64,000 nt of DNA from Candidatus Latescibacterota bacterium (GTDB taxonomy: Bacteria; Latescibacterota; UBA2968; UBA8231), in assembly GCA_965223905.1 (NCBI GenBank), contig CBDCXV010000002.1, forward strand, positions 128,001 to 192,000, given 5' to 3'. The notes under the pieces were generated by a model. That model did no database searches, was not told the DNA's origin, and saw nothing but the letters and a program-made list of their open reading frames with translations. Every line of letters starts with the position of its first letter. Position 1 is the first letter of the stretch. Shown in pieces: positions 51,205-63,900 of this stretch. Position numbers and translations under genes: made by a program.

Positions 51205-51443
51205 CAAGCCCTCGGCCGCCGTGCTCCAGGCCCTCGACACCGGTCAGCGCGAACATCTCCTTGAGCAGAAGAACGTCCCCAGACCGGTTGCACCGGCCGG
51301 TTGGGACGTCCGTTGTCCTCGCAATACAAAGGCGCGAACTGTTCTTCGTCGATCAACGGCAAGGCGCGCCTGCGAAAGGTCTCGGCCCAGCTCGCCAGCA
51401 GGCGCCGCCGCTTGGCCGGGGCCCCCAGGGTGCGCGTTTCCAA
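51205..51443 (-). mobile_element. Transposase N-terminal remnant (IS5/IS1182-like, DUF772-type)
   Basis: SWAETFRRRALPLIDEEQFAPLYCEDNGRPNRPV then, frameshifted, LLKEMFALT. Confidence 0.62.
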
Positions 51444-51688
51444 CAGGTTCCGTTGCGATTCCTTAACATAAATTTAATTTGTCAATTCCAAGGCTCCGAC
51501 AGTCCGCTTTTGGACCCTTTGCAGCACCTGCCGGCAGGGAAATCCGCGGCCCGTCCAACTCCCCGGCAGCGGGTCCTCTAGTAGCGATTAATTTTGCTTT
51601 AGGCATAAAATAATTTCCCTTTCTTTTTTTAAAAAATCAGGGCGACGCATGAACTTCAGACACTTAACTTTATTTGCAGTGAAACAAG

Positions 51689-51960
51689 CAGTGTCCCGGT
51701 CCATGATATGGAAGGCGTCCGGTTCCGACACCAAATGGTCGAGGAGAATGACATCGTGCGGTTTTCCCCCTGTGATGCGGATACAGCGGGGAATCGCGGT
51801 TTTGCGCTGACGAAAGCGGGCGAATGCCGACACGGTACAGTTTGGGGTGTAGCGCTCGCAGGCCGGTTTCGATGTCTCGCAGGCTCTCGCGGCCGGTCAG
51901 TTGAGAAAAGACCATGCAAAGAAACTGATCCGGACAGAAACCCAGCGGAAAACGGAACCT
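51689..51960 (-). mobile_element. IS4-family transposase remnant (DUF4372 + DDE fragments)
   Basis: DQFLCMVFSQLTGRESLRDIE and IRITGGKPHDVILLD...FHIMDR; ends in ACCGGGACACTG, resembling an IS4 terminus. Confidence 0.72.
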
Positions 51961-51965
51961 GCCGC

Positions 51966-54900
51966 ATGCGGTGGGTGATCGGCTGTCTCCTGGCCCTGGC
52001 CCCGGCCGCCGGGGCCGAGCCGCTGCTGGAGGGTCGGGTGCTTCTGTCTTCGGGCGCTCCGGCGGCCGGGGCCCGGGTGCGGCTGTTCGCCGACCTGGAG
52101 CGCTCGCTGCGGGCCACCGCCGATGAGAGCGGCTATTTTGCCTTTCCCCTGAACGCCCTGCGCAAGGCCGCCCCTCTGCCGGCGCGCCTGCACCTGGGCC
52201 AGAACTACCCCAACCCGTTCAATCCCTCGACCATCATCCCGTATCAGCTGCCGGCGGCAACGCGGGTGCGGCTGGAGGTGTTCAACATCCTGGGTCAGCG
52301 GGTGGCGACCCTGGTGGACGGAGAGCGGCCGGCCGGTTTTCACACGGCGGCCTGGAATGCGACCGACGCCTCGGGCCGGGGGGTGGGCTCGGGGGTGTAC
52401 CTGTATCGGCTGCTGGGGGGCGGGGAGCGCCTGACGCGGTCGATGGTGCTGCTGGACGGGGCGGTGGGCTTGGGGGGTGGAGGGGGTTCCGCCAGGGCGG
52501 CAGCCCCGCCTCGCGGTAAGGGACCGGTCTACGGGCTGACAGTCTCGGGTCCGGGGCTGGTCCCTTACGTCGACCCGGCCTTCCGAATGGGAGGCGGGCC
52601 TGTCGAGATCCAGGTTCAGCCGCTGTCATCCCTTCCTCGCGGCAAGGTGGCCGCAGGCGGCCTGCTGGGGGACGTCAACCGGGACGGCCGGGTCGACCTC
52701 GCCGACGCCCTGCTGGTCGCCTCCTACAGCGAGGATCCGACCCTGTCCCTTGCCAACGGCGACCTCACCCTGGGGGACGTCAACCGGGACGGGCAGGTCG
52801 ATCTGGCCGACGCCCGGCTCATCGAGGCCTACCACGCCGACCCGTCCGACGCGTCGCTGCCGGAAGGGATCGGCGCCCCGGTAGGGGCCGAGGCGCGGCT
52901 CTACTGGACGGACGCGGACGGCGACCGCATTCAGCGGTCCTTCCTCGACGGCTCCGGAGTGGAGGATGTGGTCGACAGCGGCCTGGTCAACCCGCGCGGC
53001 CTGGCCGTGGATCAGGCGGCCGGCAAGCTCTACTGGACCGACTACGGCAGCGACCGCATCCAGCGGTCCAACCTCGACGGCTCCGAAGTGGAGGACCTGG
53101 TGACCACCGGTCTGCGCATCCCCTTGGGGCTGGCCCTGGACACGGTCGCGGGCAAGCTCTACTGGACGGACAACGGCAGCGACAAGATTCAGCGGTCCAA
53201 CCTCGACGGCTCCGAGGTCGAGGACCTGGTCACCGGCCTGCAGACGCCGTTGAGCCTGGCCCTGGACGCAGCCGCGGGCAAGCTCTACTGGACCGACAGC
53301 GGCACGGACAAGATTCAGCGGGCCAACCTGGACGGCAGCGAGATCGAAGACCTGGTCGCCACCGGCCTGGAGCTTCCCCGGGGCCTGGCCGTGGACGCGG
53401 CCGGCGGCAAGCTCTACTGGACGGACAACGGCAGCGACCAGATCCAACGGGCCAATCTCGACGGGTCACAGGTGGAAGAGCTGGTGAGGGAGGGACTGCA
53501 CACGCCCCGGGGCCTGGCCCTCGATCCGGAGGCGGGCAAGCTCTACTGGACGGACAGCGGCACGGGGAAGATTCAGCGGGCCAACCTCGACGGAACGGAA
53601 ATCGAAGACCTGGTGACCGAAGGCCTGCTGAGTCCGCGGGGCCTGGTCCTGGTCCGGACCGTTGCCCCCGGCAACCAGGCCCCGGTCCTGGCGCCTATAG
53701 CGGACCGGACCGCGGCGGCTGGCGATACCCTGACCCTGGTGGCAGCCGGCAGCGACCCGGACGGCGACACTCTGACCTACACGGCTTCATCAGGCAACGA
53801 GGCGGTCGTCTCTGTGGAGATAGCCGATTCCCTGGTGACGGTCTACGCGCTGTCCGCGGGCGGGGCCACGATCACCGCGACCGTCCGCGACCCGGAGGGC
53901 CTGGAAGCCGTGCAGACCTTCTCAGTGCTCGTCGGAGCCGGAGGTCTCGGGGCCGTCAACCGGCTCTACTGGACCGACGCGGAGGCGGACCGGATCCAGC
54001 GCGCAAACCTCGACGGCTCCGCTGTCGAGGACGTGATCGACAGCGGCCTGGTCAATCCGCGCGGCCTGGCCGTGGACGAGGCCGCCGGCAAGCTCTACTG
54101 GACCGACTACGGCAGCGACCGCATCCAGCGGTCCAACCTCGACGGCACCGAGGTGGAGGACCTGGTCACCGCCGGCCTGCAGATCCCGTTGGCCCTGGCC
54201 CTGGACGCGGCGGCCGGCAAGCTCTACTGGACCGACAACGGCACCAACCGCATTCAGCGATCCAACCTCGACGGTTCCGAAGTAGAGGACTTGGTCACCG
54301 GCCTGCAGACGCCGTTGGGCCTGGCCCTCGATCAGGCCGGAGGCAAGCTCTACTGGACGGACAGCGGCGCCGACAAGATCCAGCGCGCGAATCTCGACGG
54401 CACGGAAATCGAGGACCTGGTCACTGCCGGCCTGCAGATCCCCCGGGGGCTGGCCCTGGATACGGCCGGCGGCAAGCTCTACTGGGCCGACAGCGGCACC
54501 GACCGCATTCAACGGGCCAACCTCGACGGCACGGAAATCGAGGATCTCGTCACCACCGGCCTGGGCACGCCCCGGGGCCTGGCCCTCGACGTTTCTGCGG
54601 GCAAGCTCTACTGGGCCGACAGCAGCACCGACCGCATCCAGCGGTCCAACCTGGACGGCTCGGAAATCGAAGACCTGGTGACCGAGGGCCTGCTGAGCCC
54701 TCGGGGCCTGGCCCTGGCCCGGATTCCGTCCGCCGACAACCAGGCCCCCACCCTGGAGCCGCTGGCGGACCGGATGGCCGCGACCGGGGACTCGCTGACC
54801 CTCGAGCTGGCCGGCAGCGACCCGGACGGAGACGCCCTGACCTACACGGCCTCGTCCAGCCAGGAGGAAATTGCCACGGCGGAGGCGGCCGATTCCCTGG

Positions 54901-57900
54901 TCACCCTGCGTCTGCTGTCCGTAGGCCAGACCGCCATAACCGTGACCGCCGGCGACCCGGGCGGCCTGCAGGCATCCCGGACCTTCACCGTCACCGTGCA
55001 GGCCTCCAACGAGCCCCCGCTCGCCATCCCCTGGCTCTACTGGACCGACGCCCGCACCGACCGCATCCAGCGCGCCGAGCTCGACGGCAGCGGCATCCGC
55101 ACCCTGGTAAGCGGCCTCGGGCAGCCCCGCGACATCGCCCTGGACCGGGACGGCGGCCGCATGTACTGGACCGACAGCGGCAGCGACAAGATCCAGCGCG
55201 CCCACCTCGACGGCTCAAAGGTCGAAGACCTGGTGACCGAAGGGTTGAAGGAGCCGTTCGGCATCGCCCTCGATAAGGCCGGAGGCAAGATCTACTGGAG
55301 CGACTGGGGCACCGACAAGATCCAGCGGTCCAACCTCGACGGCTCCGAAATCGAAGACCTCGTCGCCACCGGTCTGAACGAGCCCTACGGCCTCGCCCTC
55401 GACCTGGGGGAAGGCAAGATCTACTGGACCGACTGGGGCAGCGACCGGATTCAGCGTGCCAATCTCGACGGCTCCCAAATCGAGGACCTGGTCATCGGCC
55501 TCAACCAGCCCCGGGGCCTCGCCCTCGACCTGGAAGGCGGCCGCATGTACTGGCCCGACTGGGGCACGGACAAGATCCAGCGCGCGAATCTCGACGGCTC
55601 CGAGGTGGAAGACTTGGTTACCGAGGGCCTGCGGACCTCCCAGGCGATCGCCCTCGATCTGGACGAGGGCAGGATGTACTGGACCGACTACGGCACCGAC
55701 AAGATCCAGCGCGCCAACCTCGATGGGAGCCAGGTCGAGGACCTGGTCACCTCCGGCCTGAAGGAGCCCTACGGCCTGGCCCTGGGGGCCGGGCTGCCGG
55801 CGCAGGTCTTCAAGGTGGAGGGGGACTCGGCGACTTTGAACCTGGCCGGCCGCTTCCGCGACCCGGAGGGGGGCGTCCTGACCCTGACCGTGTCTTCCAG
55901 CGACGAGGGGGTCGCCGCGGCGACCCTGGCCGACTCGGTGGTCACCATCGCCCCGGTGACCCCCGGCCGGGTGACGGTCTCGGTGACGGCCCGGGACGAG
56001 GGAGGCCGGGCTGCCACCCTGCCGGTGCCGGTGACCGTGTACCCAGCCAACCGCCCCCCCGTGGCCCAGACCCTGGGCGACCGCAAGATCCGCATCGACC
56101 GGCCTGCCCGGGTCGACCTGTCGACCGCCTTCACCGACCCGGACGAAGGAGACGTGCTGACCTACACCGCCATGTCGAGCAACGAGGCGGTGGCCACCGC
56201 GGCCGTCGAGGGGTCCGGGGTGAACATCGCCCCCAAGAGCCTCGGGCAGACGACCATTGCGGTGACCGCCCGCGACCCCGAAGGCCTGGAGGCGAGCCTG
56301 AGCTTCGGCGTAACCGTCGAGCCCAAACCGCCCCCCCGGCCGCCCCGGCCCCCGTCCGGCTCGGGCAGTGATGATAATGGAAATGGAAATAGTAATGACG
56401 GTGGTGGTCCGGCCCCCCCGCCCCAGCCGCCGCCGCCGCCGCCGGGTCAGAACAACGCCCCCACCTTCGACGAGGCCCCGGCGCCAACCCGCACCGTGGC
56501 CGAGAACACCCCGGCGAACCGGAACATTCAGCACCCGGTGCGCGCCACCGACCCGGACGGACACCGCCTCACCTACCGGCTCGCAGGCCCCGACGAGACC
56601 CGCTTCACCGTCGTCTCCAGCAGCGGCCAGCTGCGCACCCGGTCCGGTGTCGCCTACGATTTCGAGGTCAAGGACCGCTACGAGGTGAGGCTGGAATCCG
56701 ACGATACCTACGGCGGCACCGACGCCATCGACGTGACCGTGCACGTGGCCGACGTCGACGAACCCCCGCAGACCCCGGCCCGGCCCCGGGTCGAGCCGGG
56801 CGACTCGAAGAGCCTGACCGTGACCTGGACCGAGCCGGCCAACACCGGGCCCGAGGTCGACGGCTACGACGTCCAATATCGGACGGGCAGCGGCAGCTTC
56901 CTCCCCTGGACGCACGACGGCGACGGCACCACCGCCACGATCACGGGCCTCGACGTCAACACCCGCTACGAGGTGCAGGTGCGGGCCACCAACGACGAAG
57001 GCACGGGTGCCTGGTCGTCCTCGGGTCGCGGCGCCACCAGCACCAACCAGCGGCCGATTTTCGACGAGGGGGGCAGCGCCACGCGCAGCCTGGCCGAGAA
57101 CACGCCCGGCGGACAGGACGTCGGCAACCCCATAAGAGCGGCCGATCCCGAGGGCGGCGCGCTGACCTACCGTCTTACAGGTGGTGACACGGATCAATTC
57201 ACCATCGACTCAAGCAACGGCCAGCTGCGCACACGGACCGGCGTCGATTACGACTACGAGGCGCAGAATCGCTATTCGGTGACGGTCGAGGCACAGGACG
57301 AGCAGGGGGGCCGTGCCACCATCGCGGTGACGATTGACATAAACGACGACGACAACGAACGGCCGGAAAGACCCGACCGGCCCTCGGTGACGGCCTCGAC
57401 GCTGACGAGTCTGACCCTGCGGTGGACAGAGCCAGCCAACCCTGGGCCGCCCATCACCGATTACAACGTGCAATACCGTGAGGGCAGCAGCGGGGCCTTC
57501 ACTGCGGCGGCACACGATGGCACGGGCACGACGACGACGATTGCGAACCTGGAGTCGGACACCTCGTATGAGATTCAGGTGCAGGCCACCAGTGACGAGG
57601 GCACGAGCCAGTGGTCGCCATCGGGTAACGGGCGGACCGTCGCCAACCAGGCGCCGACGTTCAACGAAGGATCGCGCACTACGCGTCGTTTGGCCGAGAA
57701 CACGACGGGCACCCAGGACATCGGCAACCCGGTAACCGCCACCGACGGCGACGGTGGGACACTGCTCTACCACCTCGAAGGCACGGACCGGGCCTCCTTC
57801 ACTCTCGATGTCAACCAGCTTCAGACGATAGCGGGCGTCACCTACGACTACGAAGAGAAGAGCAGCTACGAGGTAACCGTACGCGTAGAAGACGGTCAGG

Positions 57901-60900
57901 GCGGCAGCAACACCATCGAGGTGACCATCAATCTGATAGACCAACAGGAACCGCCGGAGACCCCGTCAGCACCCGGCGTCTCAGCCGCCTCATCGACGAG
58001 CCTGACCGTAACCTGGATCGAGCCGACCAACACCGGTCCCGACGTCGACGACTACGACCTGCAGTACCGCGAAGGAGACAGCGGCGGCTTTACCTCCTGG
58101 ACGCACAACGGCGCGGACCTGACCGCGACCATCACGGGGCTGACCCCGGGCGCGAACTATGAGGCGCAGGTGCGAGCGAGCAACGACGAAGGCACGAGCG
58201 ACTGGTCGCCGTCGGGCACGGGAAACACCAGCGCCAATGAGCCCCCGGTCTTCACCGACGGGTCGAGCGCCACCCGCGCCCTCGACGAGAACACCACCGG
58301 CGTCGTCGACGTCGGCGATCCGGTCGGTGCCACCGACCCGGAGAACACGACCCTGGCCTACAGCCTCCAGGGCGCGGATGCCGACTCCTTCACCGTCCAC
58401 TCGAGCAGCGGTCAGCTGCGCACCCGTTCGGGGAAAACCTGGGACTACGAGACGACGTCCAACTATTCGGTGTCGGTGAAAGCCACCGACGGCCACGGCG
58501 GCGAGCGCACCATCCCGGTGTTCGTCGAGCTGAACGACCTCAACGAGCCCCCTTCGTTCACCAGCGACGCGGCTTTCCAAGCCGCCGAGAACCAGACCTT
58601 TGCCGGTCGGGTGACCGCTCAGGACCTCGACAGCGGAGACAACATCGCGACCTACACCGTCACCGGCGGCGCCGACCAGAACCTGTTCGAGGTCAACAGC
58701 GCAGGCACGCTGACCTTCAAGGACGCTCCCGACTTCGAGAACCCCTCGGACGCGGGAAGGAACAACCAGTACAACGTGGCCGTCACCGCCACCGGCGGCA
58801 CCGGAGGGCGCGCCCTGACATCGGAGCAGGCCATCACCGTCACCGTCACCGACGAGAACGAACCGCCCGTTTTCACCAGCGACGATGCCTTCAAGGTCGA
58901 TGAAAACGAGCAGATCGTCGGCCGCGTGATCGCCACCGACGTCGACAGGGACGACGGCATCACCGGCTACGAGATCACCGGCGGGGCCGACGAGGACGAG
59001 TTCGAGATCGCCGGCACCAACCAGTTGCGCTTCAAGGACGACCCCGACTTCGAGCGGCCGGCGGACTCTGGAGGCGACAACGAATACCTCGTGGAGGTCA
59101 CGGCCACCGGCGGCACGGACACCCGGGTGATGACGGGAACGCAGACTATCACCGTCGCCATCGAAGACGAGGTCGAGCCGCCCGGCAAGCCCGACCCGCC
59201 TGCGGTCAGCGACGAGACCGAGAGCAGCCTGACCGTGACCTGGACCGAGCCGGCCAACACCGGTCCCGTCATCACCAACTACCACGTGCAGTACCGCGAA
59301 GGCACAAGCGGCCCATTCACCGATTGGCCGGACACCGGTCCGACCCTGACCCGCACGATCACCGGCCTGCGCTCGGGTCAGACCTACCAAGTCCAGGTGC
59401 AGGCCAAAAACGACGAGGGGGAAGGAGCCTGGTCCAACGCGGGCAGCGGCAGGACCCTCACCGCGCCGACTGTTTCCAGCGTCGCCTTCACCTCGACACC
59501 ACCTTCGGGGCAGAACAACACCTACAAGAAGGACGACGTCATCGGCGTGACCGTGACCTTCAGCGAGGCGGTGACCGTCACCGGCACCCCCCAGGTCGAC
59601 CTGACCCTCGGCTCCACCGTGCGCCAGGCCGGCTACGAGAGCGGCTCGACCACGACGCAGCTGCTGTTCCAGTACGAGGTGCAGGCCGACGACGAGGACG
59701 ACAACGGCGCGGCCATCAACGAAAACGGGCTCAAGCTCAACAGCGGCCGCATCTTCCTGCTCAAGAACAGCGTCACCGTCAACGCCGACCTGGCCCACTC
59801 GGCCGTCGCCAACCAGTCCCGCCACAAGGTCGACGGCGTCGCCCCAACCCCCACCAAAGCGGAAGTGGATGGAACCAAGCTGACCCTGACGTACGGCGAA
59901 ACGCTCGTCAGCAATCCAAAGCCGGCCAACAGCGATTTCGAAGTGACCGTGGACAGCGAGACGCGAAGCGTTACCGCGGTGGCCGTCAGCAACACCAAGG
60001 TGACGCTCACCCTGGCCTCGGCCGTAAACACGGGGGAGACGGTGGCGCTTGCCTACACGCCGGGGACCAACCCGATCCGCGACCGGGCCCGGAACCCCGC
60101 CGGCGCCCTCAGCAACCTGGCGGTGGACAACCTCAGAAACGTCTGCAACCGCACCGCGCAGGTGCGCGACGAGATCATGGATGAAGCAGGGGTCAGCGCC
60201 TGCGGCGACGTAACCGCGGACCATCTTGCCGCGATCACCCGCCTCTCCCTGATTGACGAAAGCATCTCCACGCTGAAAGCCGGCGACTTCGCCGGGCTGA
60301 CGTCCCTGGAAGAACTCTACCTGTCAGACAACAGTATCAGCAGCCTGCCGGCGGGTATCTTCTCCGGCCTGTCGGCGCTGGAAGACCTCAGCCTCAGGCA
60401 GAACAACCTCTCCAACCTCGGAGCGAACACGTTCTCCGGACTGACCGCGCTGGTATCTCTCGATCTCTCCTTCAGCCATCTTGGCGACTTCGACCCCGGC
60501 CTGTTCTCCGGGCTGGCGTCCCTGACCCATCTCAATCTGCTGAGTGCCCGCATCAACAACCTGCCGGCGAACGGCTTCTCCGCGCTGACGGCGCTGGACA
60601 CCCTCATCCTTCAATACAACCTCCTGGGCGACCTCGACGCCAACGAGTTCTCCGGGCTGTCGACGCTCGAATACCTCGACCTGAGCAACACCCGAATCAC
60701 CAGCCTGCCGGCGGACGTCTTCTCGGGCCTGTCGTCGCTCAAACACCTCGACATGGAGTATGCCCGACTCTCCAGCCTTCCGGCGACCGTATTCTCCGGG
60801 TTGTCGTCACTCGAACACCTCAACGTGAAACGCAACGATCTCCCCAGTCTCGACCCCGGCCAGTTCTCCGGGCTGACGGCGCTGATCCATCTCGACATTT

Positions 60901-63900
60901 CCAGCATCGATCTCACCTCCGTGCACGCCGACCTCTTCTCAGGGCTGACTGAGCTCGAGTTCCTCGACCTGAGCTACAACAACAACCACCTCACCACACT
61001 GTCGGCAACCGTCTTTTCCGAACAGACGAAACTCAGAACGCTGAGCCTGAGAACCAACGACATATCGACATTGGACAGCCTTTTTGTCGGACTGACGGAG
61101 CTGAGATCGCTGGACCTGCGTCAAATGGACCTATCGACACTGGGAGACAGCGTTTTTTCCGGCCTGACCGAGCTGACCAGGCTCCAGCTTCAGTGGAACC
61201 CGGTCGACCCGCTGCCGATTACGGTTTCACTGGAATCGGCAGAGACGGACCAGTTCCGGGCCAAAGCGCACACCGGCGCGCCATTTGACGTGGTCCTGCC
61301 GTTGCGGCTCTCCAACGGCGAGATCGACGGCGGCGAATCGAGCATCACCATCCCCCAGGGCAGTGTCGAGAGCGAGCCTCTCTCGGTCTCCCGTACCGCC
61401 GGGACCAGGGCGGCGGTCACTGTCGATCTCGGGACGCTGCCGGCCCTCCCGTCGGGCGACAACGGCTACGAGTTGGTGAGGTCCGCCGACCTGCCGCTGG
61501 TAGTCATCGCCGCCGAGAAAGGCGTGGAGATCTACCCCACGGAACTGACCCTGCCGGAGGACGACAGCGACACCTACACGGTGGTGCTGACCATGGAGCC
61601 CACCGCTGACGTGACGGTGACCGTGACCGTGCCGTCGGGCGCCGATGTCACGGTGAACCCATCGCCGCTGACTTTCACGACCGACAACTGGGATACGCCG
61701 CAGACCGTGACGGTGAGTACCAGCGCCGACACCGACACCGATGACGACGAGGTCACCCTGACCCACACGGTGAGCGGCGGCGGCTACCAGGGAGTCACCG
61801 CCGATGACGTGGAGGTGACTGTCACGGAGACCGCGGTCAGCACCAACAGCCCGCCGTCCATCTTCCACAATTCCTGGACCGTGGATGAGAACTTCAGCGG
61901 GCACATTTCCATAGTGGGAACGGATCCGGATGACAGGGACTACATCACCGGGTACGAGATCACCGGGGGCCGCGACCGGGCCCTGTTCGAGATCGCCACC
62001 CGGGGCGGACGGGGCGAGCTGACCTTCGTGGATGTACCCGACTTCGAACGTCCGGCAGGCACCAGCAACCGGAATGAGATCGTCGTCACCGTCACCAGCG
62101 GCATGGGCGCCCGAAAGCGGACCGGGCAGCGGCAGATTGCCATCAACGTGAACGACGTGGACGAGCCGCCGGGCCGGCCGCCGGCGCCCGGATTGAGTCT
62201 CCCCGGCGGCTCTCCCACCATCGCGGTGAGCATGGGAGGCCGGATCCCGCCGGTGAATACCGGACCGGACATCAGTGGCTGGGGAATAGGATACCGCGAG
62301 AAGGACAGCGGCGACTTCATCACCTCCACGCACACCTCCTCAACCTTGGACGCGCGGATCGACAATCTGACCAAAGGCGTTACCTACGAGGTGCAGGTAC
62401 AGGCGAAGAACGACGAAGGGGACAGCGAGTGGTCACCCTCGGCGGAGAAAGAGCTCCCCAACAAGCCGCCGGTCGTCGTCGGCTCCTTCGACGATCTCAC
62501 GCTGGCGGTGGGAGGCGCCGTTGAGATCGTGTCCGCAGACGGGGTCTTCAGCAGCCAGGACGGCGACCTGCTGACGTATTCGGCGTCGTCCGGCAATACG
62601 GCTGCCGCTACCGTTCAGCTGATCGGTACCAAGGTCCTCGTGGATCCCGGGTCGGCCGGCAGTGCGACCATCACCGTGACCGCGAGCGATCCATACGGTG
62701 CGTCCGACTCGGAGACGTTCGACGTTACGGTGCAGACGCCGACCCTTTCGGCGCCCACACTGACCATCACCGGCAACCTCTTCACGCTGTCATTCACGGA
62801 TGACTTCGCGGCCGAGGAAACCCGGGCCTACCATGTACGCATCCGCCAGAAGACGAACCATGGACCCTGGGCGACAGGGTGCCATACCGAGACCAATGAC
62901 GAGGATTCCCAGCAGTCCATTTCGGTATCGCTGGAGGACGCGGTCTCCGATTTCTTCGAACCGGGCACCACGTATGAGGCGGACTACGGATACCTGGGGG
63001 CGGACTGCGACGGCAGCCTGACGGGTTCGCGGTCGGCGACCGGCGAGGTGACCACGTCCGGGACGGCATCCTTCGATATCGACCTTGTCTTCGTCGGCAG
63101 CATCTCGTCGACAAACCGGTCCCATATCGAAGACGCCGTCGAGCGCTGGGAGGAGATCATCACCGGTGATCTTCCCAACCATCAGTTAACCAGCAGGAAT
63201 CGCGAGTACCTGAACCGGCGTTATCCAGGTACTACCGCCCCCGAGGTCGTGGACGATATCGTGATCTACGTGAGAACCGGTTACGTGTTGGGGCTCGCAG
63301 CGGCTACGTCCTTGTCGCACCGGACTCCCTCCTCCCTGCCGTTCGCATCCGAAATAGTACTCGGCACCAGCAACGTGATCAATTACCTCGTCGCTCTGCA
63401 CGAGATAGGCCACGCGCTGGGATTCGGAACCTATCCGTGGACAGCTCACAACCTGTTGAAGGACCCCTCCCGAGGACCATTCTCAACCATCATCACTCCC
63501 TCTCCCGACACCTACTTCTCGGGCGCGAAGGCGGTTGCCGCCTTCGACGCGGCGGGCGGGACGAGCTACACCGGCACCAAGGTGCCTGTGGAGAACGGCT
63601 CCAGCACGCGGTACCGACCCAGCCTGGACAGCCACTGGCGGCAATCCGTCATACAAAGCGAACTGATGACGCCAGGGTTTTCCGATCCCGGTCCGCTGAG
63701 CGCGATCACCATCCAGTCGATGGCCGACCTGGGCTACACCGTCGACGTCACCCAGGCCGACGCCTACACCCTGCCGTCTTCCATTACCGCGAAACGGGTG
63801 GCCTGGGCGGGCGGGGACGACAAGGAGGAGGCGGTCCTGCTCAACTGCGTCCTCGATCACCACGAGACCGGGCCCGAGGAGCCCGAGCCGATCACCCTGA

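Noticed and set aside
51708-51965. 86-aa N-terminal extension of paralog C in the ORF track
   Set aside because: It is the antisense of the IS4 remnant; the signal peptide begins at ATG 51966.
52895-55790. Regular repeats of about 129 bp that could be a DNA repeat array
   Set aside because: They are coding YWTD repeats with synonymous divergence.
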